A DNA stretch of 64,000 nucleotides from Bacilli bacterium (GTDB taxonomy: Bacteria; Bacillota_I; Bacilli_A; ML615J-28; CAG-698), in NCBI GenBank assembly GCA_050953065.1, contig JBMNLZ010000002.1, forward strand, positions 319,305-383,304, in the 5' to 3' direction. Within the stretch, counting starts at the first letter, position 1, and each line of letters begins with the position of its first letter. The notes under the pieces were generated by a model. The model did not search any database, was not told the DNA's origin, and was given only the letters and a program-made list of their open reading frames with translations. Made by a program: the position numbers and the translations under genes. Shown here one piece after another: positions 47,476-54,076 of this stretch.

Positions 47476-49050
47476 ATGAACAAAATTGAAAAGGTCTTTT
47501 TTTTGTTTTTGGCATTAGTTTGTTTTTTGTTAGTGGGATGTGCTAATAATGAAGATGAAGTTTTAGAAATTATTAGTGCTACAGGTTTTGAAATAGATGG
47601 GGCGAGTCTTTATCGTGAAGTGCCAAATTCTACGACAACATATTCATTTATTAATCAAATTAAAGTAAGTACTAAAGCAACTTGGGGATTATATACTGAT
47701 ATTACAGCAAGTAATAAAATTCTTTCAAAAACTATTGATCTTTTAGTTGGTGATAATATAGTATATATTTTAGTTACAAAAGCAGATGATATTAAATTAT
47801 ATAAAGTTGTAATTAAAAGATTAGCTATTTGTGATGTTTCTTTTGATACAAATGGTGGGGAAGTAATGGAAGTTCAAAATGTAGAAGAAGGTAATATGTT
47901 TAATCTTCCAACTGTAGAACCAACTAAAGCAGGTTATACTTTCAAAGGATGGGAAGATGCAAATGGTGATACAATTGTTTTTCCTATTAAAATAGAAGAA
48001 GATATTATTATTAAAGCAAAGTGGAAAGCAAATGAAAATACATTAGTCTTCAATGCAAATGGTGGGACAGGTGAGATGGATAACATTTTTATAGAAACAA
48101 ATGGTTCTATTAAACTTCCTAAAAATGCATTTTCAAAAATTGGATATTCATTTGATGGCTGGAGTGCTAGTTTAGATGGTGAAATTGAATATTTTGATAA
48201 AGCAAACTATACTATGGGTACACAAGAAAGTTATACTCTATATGCACAATGGGATAAACTTCCAGCACCAGAATTATATTTTGGATTAAAAGAAGATAAT
48301 ACATATGAACTTATTGGTTGTGCGGTTAATCCTACTGAAATATATATTCCAAAAAAATATTTAGGGAAACCAATTACAAGTATTAAGGAAAATGCTTTGG
48401 CTAATCTTTCAAATTTAACAAGTGTAACAATGTCATCAAATGTTACAAGTATAGGATTAGGTGCTTTTTCAGGGTGTGATAATTTAACAAGCATTATCAT
48501 ACCAAGGTCTGTAACAAATATGGGTAAGAATGTATTTTATGACTGTGATAAATTAAAAGTTTATATTAAAGCAGAATCTAAACCAATAGGTTGGGATAAG
48601 GATTGGAATGCTGATTATAGACCAGTTGTCTGGGGTTATGTGAGCAATCATATTACAACTAATGGAATAGAATATGGAATTTCTTTAATAGATTCTAATT
48701 ATGGTGTAACTATAACTGGTTATCAAGGATCTGGAAGAGAAGTAATAATTCCAACAGAAATTGCAGGCTATCCTGTTATAGACATAACTTCTTCTGCATT
48801 TTTTAAATGTACTGATATAACAAAAGTAAAAATTTCAAATACTGTTACAAGTATAGGGGTATGCGCGTTTTTTTACTGTAGTAGTTTAGAGTCTTTAATA
48901 ATACCAAAAAGCGTTGAAAAAATCGAAGGTGATATAGTTTATAGTTGTAGTTATTTAACAATTTATGTTGAAGCAGAAGAAAAACCTGCTGAATGGTATT
49001 ATGGATGGAATCATGATACTCATGATGTTGTTTGGGGATATAGGGAATAA
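47476..49050 (+). CDS. BspA-type LRR surface lipoprotein with Flg_new repeats (family N-terminal module)
   Basis: Signal peptide MNKIEKVFFLFLALVCFLLVGC; shared N-module ISATGFEIDG…LYKVVI; three Flg_new motifs; two LRR units each ending in a …KP.GW..W…VVWGY cap. Confidence 0.7.
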   Translation: MNKIEKVFFLFLALVCFLLVGCANNEDEVLEIISATGFEIDGASLYREVPNSTTTYSFINQIKVSTKATWGLYTDITASNKILSKTIDLLVGDNIVYILVTKADDIKLYKVVIKRLAICDVSFDTNGGEVMEVQNVEEGNMFNLPTVEPTKAGYTFKGWEDANGDTIVFPIKIEEDIIIKAKWKANENTLVFNANGGTGEMDNIFIETNGSIKLPKNAFSKIGYSFDGWSASLDGEIEYFDKANYTMGTQESYTLYAQWDKLPAPELYFGLKEDNTYELIGCAVNPTEIYIPKKYLGKPITSIKENALANLSNLTSVTMSSNVTSIGLGAFSGCDNLTSIIIPRSVTNMGKNVFYDCDKLKVYIKAESKPIGWDKDWNADYRPVVWGYVSNHITTNGIEYGISLIDSNYGVTITGYQGSGREVIIPTEIAGYPVIDITSSAFFKCTDITKVKISNTVTSIGVCAFFYCSSLESLIIPKSVEKIEGDIVYSCSYLTIYVEAEEKPAEWYYGWNHDTHDVVWGYRE

Positions 49051-49077
49051 AAGTCATTTTGAAAGGTAAGAAAAATT

Positions 49078-49287
49078 ATGGCAGAAAGACAAGTTATAAG
49101 AGATTTTTATAATAAAATTTTAGGTTATATTGAAGATAAAGGAAATTATTTAGTTGCAAGAAATTTCTATAATAAAATTTTAGGTTATTATTATAAAAAC
49201 AGAAACGTTACAACTGATTTTTATAATAGAGTCCTAGCAAATGGAAATATACTTGCTTCTTTAATAATGAATGATGCTAATAAATAA
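49078..49287 (+). CDS. Small protein (69 aa) with three tandem (R)(D/N)FYNKILGY repeats
   Basis: RBS AAAGGTAAG 8 nt upstream; internal repeats RDFYNKILGY / RNFYNKILGY / TDFYNRVLAN; immediately downstream of the 47476 gene. Confidence 0.35.
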   Translation: MAERQVIRDFYNKILGYIEDKGNYLVARNFYNKILGYYYKNRNVTTDFYNRVLANGNILASLIMNDANK

Positions 49288-49294
49288 AAGATTA

Positions 49295-49404
49295 AATAAA
49301 CTCTCTTTTAAAATAGAGAGTTTATTCAGACTGTAGAAAAACCTCTTTTTAAAAACAGTGCTTTTTCTACAGTCTGAAATGCTATCCTTAAGGATAGCAT
49401 TTTT
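49295..49404 (+). repeat. Block of three consecutive hairpins: a terminator, a 15-bp-stem long-loop hairpin, and a 24-nt perfect palindrome terminator
   Basis: H1 aaataaactctct…agagagtttattt; H2 cagactgtagaaaaa-N20-tttttctacagtctg (49327-49376); H3 aatgctatccttaaggatagcatt+Ts (49378-49401). Confidence 0.7.
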
Positions 49405-49488
49405 AATTGTTTAAAGTATAAAAAAATAAGGTAGGTAAAGATAATGACTAAAAAGTTATTTTTTAAAATTTAAGATATTTTTTTAATA

Positions 49489-49517
49489 TTGTTTAGAAAA
49501 GGGTTTTATTGTATAAT
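49489..49517 (+). promoter_or_regulatory. Promoter of the 49549 gene (TTGTTT-N17-TATAAT)
   Basis: TTGTTT 49489-49494, a 17-nt spacer agaaaagggttttattg, then TATAAT 49512-49517. Confidence 0.55.
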
Positions 49518-49548
49518 AAAATAGTATGAGAAGCGAGGAAAGATAATT

Positions 49549-50655
49549 ATGAATAAAATTAAAAAGATGTTATCTATATTACTTGTATTAATGTGTTTTT
49601 TATTAGTAGCTTGTAGGCAAAAGGAAAGTAAATATTTTGGTATAATTAATGCTATAGGGTTTGAAATGAATGGTGAAGTTATGTATATTAAAGTTTCAAA
49701 TGAAACTGATGAGTATTCATTTGTTGACCAAATTACAGTAACTGATGGAGCAACTTGGGAGTTATATAGTGATATATCAACAACTGATAAAATTGTTTCA
49801 AAAACAATAACTCTTTCAATGGGAAATAACATTGCATACATATTAGTTAGGAAGGCAGATAAAACTAAATTATATCATTGTATAGTGAATAGACAGACAT
49901 TAGAATTAAGCGTTAAAGGGTATGCTGTAGATGTTACTTTAAATGATGCTGGAGATATGACAATTGAAGAAACCCTAACAATGAATTATCCTGATAATTA
50001 TCATGTAATTTATAAAGATATTATTTATGATAAAGGTCCTAGTACAATTTTAACTGATAAAGCATATCTAGATGAAGATAGTTGTAATGTTAAAGTATAT
50101 GATATGATGGGTGAATTATTAACACTTGCAAGCACTGTAGATTGTAGTGATGGAGAATACTGGGTTGGTTATTCTTTTAATAAAGATAAAGATGAAAGAG
50201 GAATTGAGATAACTTGTCCACCTGAGATTACTTCAAAAACTTCAGAATGTGATTCTATCTTTGTTTATTTAAAAGATGGTATGCCATCAGAAATTACTTT
50301 TAAATTCACTTTTACAATAACTGGGGCTGTTACTGTTTATAATGATGTTGCTCAGTTGTATTGGACAATAATTGAATTTTTTGATAATGAAAAAATAGAT
50401 GCAAAAGTAAATATTAATTTACCAGCTAATACTTTTCTTGTTGAAGATTATTATTTGTTTGGTCATGGTTCATGTAATATAACTATTGATGAGATAGTTG
50501 AAAATGATAAAATGTCTATGAGTTTTGATATTGATGAGAATGATTTTATAGGACTTAGATTATTAACTCCAGTAGGCTTATTCCCTAATGCAAAAGAAGC
50601 TAATATTGTAGCTGCTGATAAAAAGGCAAGTATTTTAGAAGAAGAATCAGACTAG
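49549..50655 (+). CDS. Lipoprotein family member: shared N-terminal module fused to a different, non-LRR C-terminal domain
   Basis: Signal peptide MNKIKKMLSILLVLMCFLLVAC; N-module GIINAIGFEMNGEVMYIKV…LYHCIV homologous to those of 47476 and 54077; the C-terminal roughly 260 aa are unrelated. Confidence 0.6.
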   Translation: MNKIKKMLSILLVLMCFLLVACRQKESKYFGIINAIGFEMNGEVMYIKVSNETDEYSFVDQITVTDGATWELYSDISTTDKIVSKTITLSMGNNIAYILVRKADKTKLYHCIVNRQTLELSVKGYAVDVTLNDAGDMTIEETLTMNYPDNYHVIYKDIIYDKGPSTILTDKAYLDEDSCNVKVYDMMGELLTLASTVDCSDGEYWVGYSFNKDKDERGIEITCPPEITSKTSECDSIFVYLKDGMPSEITFKFTFTITGAVTVYNDVAQLYWTIIEFFDNEKIDAKVNINLPANTFLVEDYYLFGHGSCNITIDEIVENDKMSMSFDIDENDFIGLRLLTPVGLFPNAKEANIVAADKKASILEEESD

Positions 50656-50749
50656 TATTATAATAGTTTATAAGAAGACTAAATTATCACTAAAAGGCAA
50701 GTTATAAGATAATAGAAATAATCTTTAATAAACATTAAAAAGTATGAAG

Positions 50750-50779
50750 AATGCTATCCTTAAGGATAGCATTTTTTTG
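50750..50779 (+). terminator. Second copy of the 24-nt palindrome terminator
   Basis: aatgctatccttaaggatagcatt followed by T7; identical to 49378-49401. Confidence 0.75.
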
Positions 50780-50782
50780 CCC

Positions 50783-50811
50783 TTGTTAGAAAGGGTGTTT
50801 TATAGTATAAT
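50783..50811 (+). promoter_or_regulatory. Promoter of the 50860 gene (TTGTTA-N17-TATAAT), paralogous to the 49549 promoter
   Basis: cTTGTTAGAAAGGGTGTTTTATAGTATAAT versus TTGTTTAGAAAAGGGTTTTATTGTATAAT upstream of 49549. Confidence 0.55.
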
Positions 50812-50859
50812 ATATAAGAGTAAGTAAATATAGATATCTAACTTTAGAAAGGGGACTAA

Positions 50860-52500
50860 ATGAAAAAAATATTAGATAAAACAAAAGACTTTTTTAAAAA
50901 GATATGGAACTTTATAAAAAGAGTTTCTGTTAATAAGTATTATGATTTAAAGAAAAGATTTAATATGAAACAGTTTATTGTAGTAATCGCAACAACTATT
51001 TTTTCTGTTTTGTTTATAGTTTTATGTAATTTTGATTTTGCAAAAAGTGAATTCTTTTCAGGTTTTTTTGAAACTAATACTAGATTTGATGCAAGAGTTG
51101 TAGAAGTTGGTGATTCATTTTATGAAGATAAAACATTTTTAGAAGGTCATGATTATGATGAAGATAATTTAGTGCCAATTATTAGTTATAGAAAAACAGT
51201 TGTTTTTAAAGCAGAAATTACAAAAGGACCAACAAAAGGAGAAGTGATAGATGCTATCCAAATTTTACATTATGCTTTTGATAGTTGGCCTGAAGATAAA
51301 ATAAAGGTTGGGAAAAAAGTAATCCTACATGATTATAATAATAGTTTAATGTTTTTCCCTAGTTTAAAAAATTTAGAGGAAATGCCTGAAGCAACCTCAG
51401 GCAAACAAATGGTTAGAGTAGTATTTGATGATAATGTTTTTCAGTATATTGAAGTTGATGATGAGGCAGTAATTCCTTTAAATGAAATAGCAATTCCTGA
51501 AAAAGAAGGATATACTTTTGAAGGCTTTTACTTAATAAGTCCATATAGTCATTATGTTGATAATACTTTAATGGTAGATGAGGAATATAGTGTAGTTGAG
51601 GATGTAACAATAGTTGCAGGTTATAGTAAAGTTTATGATTATATCTTTTTAACATATAATAGAATTATTAATGCGATTATATTAGGAATTATTTTAATAC
51701 TTTGCTTGCTTATTATTGGTGGAATAAAAGGTTTCTTAACTTTACTTTCATTGTTATTTACAGTTCTTGGTCTTTTTGTTGTTTATGTACCAGCTATTTT
51801 ATCTGCTAGAAATATCTATCTTTGGACTATTATAACTTGTATTTTTATTTTAGTTATTACAGTACTTTATGTTGTTGGAGCTAATAAAAAAGGTTTAGCA
51901 GCTATTATTTCTTGTAGTGTGGGATTATTTGTTGGTGCGATTCTAACAGTAATAGTTCGTTATGCACTTAATTTTACTGGATATAAAGATGTTAGAGAAT
52001 ACCAATTATTGCTTTACCTAGATACACCAACTACAATTAACCTAAGAGCAATTCTTTTTGGAGCAATAACAGTAGGAGCTTTGGGTGCACTGATGGATAT
52101 AGGAATTTCTATTACATCAGCATTAAAAGAAGTAAATGATCAAATGACTAATCCAACTTTTAAACAAACTGTAAAGTCAGGATTTGTTATTGGACGAGAT
52201 ATTATGGGAACAATGGCAAATACATTATTACTTGCTTACATTGGAAGTTCATTAATCTTTACAGTCTTTTTAGCATCACATTTTAATTTACAAGCAATTT
52301 TTACAAGAGAAGATGTAGTGGTTGAGCTTGCTCAAATATTGATTGGGACTTTTACTTTATTATTAACTATTCCTGTTTCTATCTTTGTTAGTGCATGGCT
52401 TTATAATGGTGTATTAAAAGATAAAAATAAAAAGATGGAATTAGAAAAAGAAGTTGAAATAGAAGAAGTAAAAGAAATTGAAGTTAAAACAAATGAATAA
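50860..52500 (+). CDS. Polytopic membrane protein, YibE/F-like, with a roughly 220-aa extracytoplasmic domain
   Basis: N-terminal TM helix, an extracellular segment with a Flg_new-like motif (GYTFEGFYLISPY), then about 7 TM helices and an acidic C-tail. The family assignment is tentative. Confidence 0.4.
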   Translation: MKKILDKTKDFFKKIWNFIKRVSVNKYYDLKKRFNMKQFIVVIATTIFSVLFIVLCNFDFAKSEFFSGFFETNTRFDARVVEVGDSFYEDKTFLEGHDYDEDNLVPIISYRKTVVFKAEITKGPTKGEVIDAIQILHYAFDSWPEDKIKVGKKVILHDYNNSLMFFPSLKNLEEMPEATSGKQMVRVVFDDNVFQYIEVDDEAVIPLNEIAIPEKEGYTFEGFYLISPYSHYVDNTLMVDEEYSVVEDVTIVAGYSKVYDYIFLTYNRIINAIILGIILILCLLIIGGIKGFLTLLSLLFTVLGLFVVYVPAILSARNIYLWTIITCIFILVITVLYVVGANKKGLAAIISCSVGLFVGAILTVIVRYALNFTGYKDVREYQLLLYLDTPTTINLRAILFGAITVGALGALMDIGISITSALKEVNDQMTNPTFKQTVKSGFVIGRDIMGTMANTLLLAYIGSSLIFTVFLASHFNLQAIFTREDVVVELAQILIGTFTLLLTIPVSIFVSAWLYNGVLKDKNKKMELEKEVEIEEVKEIEVKTNE

Positions 52501-52513
52501 ATATTTTAAAGAT

Positions 52514-52545
52514 AAAGAATGCTTATTTTAAGCATTCTTTTTTTG
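52514..52545 (+). terminator. Rho-independent terminator (aaagaatgct stem family)
   Basis: aaagaatgct-tatttta-agcattcttt hairpin plus T-run. Confidence 0.75.
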
Positions 52546-52582
52546 TTAAAGAATTTATAAAAAGGTTTTTAATAATAATTAT

Positions 52583-52654
52583 ACAAAAAACCCCGACTGA
52601 TATTGACAAAAAACCCCGACTGATATTGACAAAAAACTCCGATTATAGTATTAT
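52583..52654 (+). promoter_or_regulatory. Tandem 23-nt direct repeats (2 full copies plus 1 degenerate) that embed the promoter of the 52683 gene
   Basis: acaaaaaaccccgactgatattg at 52583-52605 and 52606-52628, with a degenerate third copy. TTGACA 52626-52631, 17-nt spacer, TATTAT 52649-52654; an extra TTGACA sits at 52603-52608. Confidence 0.6.
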
Positions 52655-52682
52655 AAAGGTAAGAAAGTAAGGAGAAAGCGAA

Positions 52683-53969
52683 ATGATTTTAAAACCAAAA
52701 AAATATAGAAAAAGAATAATAGATAAAAAAATTAGCGAAAACCTTAAGATATTTGGAGCACTATGTATAGAAGGACCTAAATGGTGTGGTAAAACATGGA
52801 CAGCTTTAAATCATGCAAATAGTGTCATTTATATAGGTAATCCTGAAAGAAATTTTCAAAACCGCACATTAGCTAGTTTAGACCCACTTTCTGTTTTGAA
52901 AGGTGAATATCCAAGATTGATTGATGAATGGCAAGAAGTTCCTTCTTTATGGGATGCTGTAAGGTTTGAAGTTGATAAAAATGCCATAAGAGGTCAATTC
53001 ATTTTGACTGGCTCATCAACTCCTCAACATAAAGGTATTTTACATAGTGGAACTGGTAGAATTGATAAAATAAAGATGAGGACAATGTCTCTTTATGAAT
53101 CTAGTGATTCTAGTGGTGATGTTTCTTTAATTGAATTGTTTGATAATAAAGTAAAAACACAACAAACAAAAAAAGTATCACTTGAGGAATTAATTGAATT
53201 TGTGGTCAGAGGTGGCTGGCCTATGAGTTTAGGTTTATCAGAAGAACAATATACTAAAATTCCACAATCCTATATTGAGTCAATTATAACAGATGATTTA
53301 GAAAAATTAGATGGTATAAAAAGAGAACAAAAAAAGATTAGAGCATTATTTAAGTCATTAGCAAGAAATGAAAGTACACTTGCTAGTAATAAAGTTTTGA
53401 AGAATGATATTTTAGAATTTGAAAAAGAATCAATTAGTGAAGATATAATTCCAGTGTATTTAGATTTGTTAGATAGAATGTTTTTGATTGAAAATCAACC
53501 TTCTTTTAATCCTAATTATCGTTCTAAAGATAGGGTAGCTAAATCACCTAAACGACATTTTATTGATCCTTCACTAGCAGTGGCAGCCCTGGGTTTATCA
53601 TCAAAAATGTTATATAATGATTTAGAATTTTTTGGTTTATTATTTGAAAGTTTAGTTATTAGAGATTTAAGAATTTATGCTGATGCTCATAGTGGAAAGG
53701 TTTATCATTATAAGCATTTTGATACAAATCACGAGATAGATGCAATTGTTGAATTGCAAGATGGAAGATGGATTGCGATTGAAATTAAACTAGGAGCAAA
53801 TCAAATTGATGAGGCTGCTAAAAAATTATTAAAAATCAATGAATCCTTAAAAAAAGACCCTAAAGCAAGCAGGCCTTGTGCATTAGTAATTATTTGTGGT
53901 CTTCTTGATGTTACATATAAAAGAGAAGATGGTGTAATTGTTATTCCACTTACTTCATTAAAACCGTAG
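52683..53969 (+). CDS. AAA+ ATPase with DUF4143 domain (second copy, divergent from the 31154 gene)
   Basis: Walker A GPKWCGKTW, Walker B LIDEWQ, C-terminal DUF4143-like region. Confidence 0.7.
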   Translation: MILKPKKYRKRIIDKKISENLKIFGALCIEGPKWCGKTWTALNHANSVIYIGNPERNFQNRTLASLDPLSVLKGEYPRLIDEWQEVPSLWDAVRFEVDKNAIRGQFILTGSSTPQHKGILHSGTGRIDKIKMRTMSLYESSDSSGDVSLIELFDNKVKTQQTKKVSLEELIEFVVRGGWPMSLGLSEEQYTKIPQSYIESIITDDLEKLDGIKREQKKIRALFKSLARNESTLASNKVLKNDILEFEKESISEDIIPVYLDLLDRMFLIENQPSFNPNYRSKDRVAKSPKRHFIDPSLAVAALGLSSKMLYNDLEFFGLLFESLVIRDLRIYADAHSGKVYHYKHFDTNHEIDAIVELQDGRWIAIEIKLGANQIDEAAKKLLKINESLKKDPKASRPCALVIICGLLDVTYKREDGVIVIPLTSLKP

Positions 53970-53986
53970 ATTTCGTTAGTTAGTGA

Positions 53987-54017
53987 AAAAAGAATGCTTA
54001 TTACTAGCATTCTTTTT
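53987..54017 (+). terminator. Rho-independent terminator, near-duplicate of 52514-52545
   Basis: aaaaagaatgct-tattact-agcattcttttt; same stem as the upstream copy with 2 loop differences. Confidence 0.75.
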
Positions 54018-54018
54018 C

Positions 54019-54047
54019 TTGTTTATAGTTTTTATTTGTTGTATAAT
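54019..54047 (+). promoter_or_regulatory. Promoter of the 54077 gene (TTGTTT-N17-TATAAT)
   Basis: TTGTTT 54019-54024, a 17-nt spacer, then TATAAT 54042-54047; same architecture as the 49549 and 50860 promoters. Confidence 0.55.
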
Positions 54048-54076
54048 ACATATTATGAATAAGAGAGGAATAAAAA

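Noticed and set aside
48231-49057. Minus-strand ORFs 48231-48500 and 48845-49057
   Set aside because: Antisense inside the 47476 LRR lipoprotein gene.
49506-49841. 111-aa minus-strand ORF, with a similar 126-aa ORF at 54004-54384
   Set aside because: Both are antisense to the conserved N-terminal module of the lipoprotein family. They resemble each other only because the sense strands are paralogous. No RBS is present.
51413-51655. 80-aa minus-strand ORF
   Set aside because: Antisense inside the 50860 membrane protein gene.
53801-54010. 69-aa minus-strand ORF
   Set aside because: Antisense to the 3' end of the AAA-ATPase gene and its terminator.
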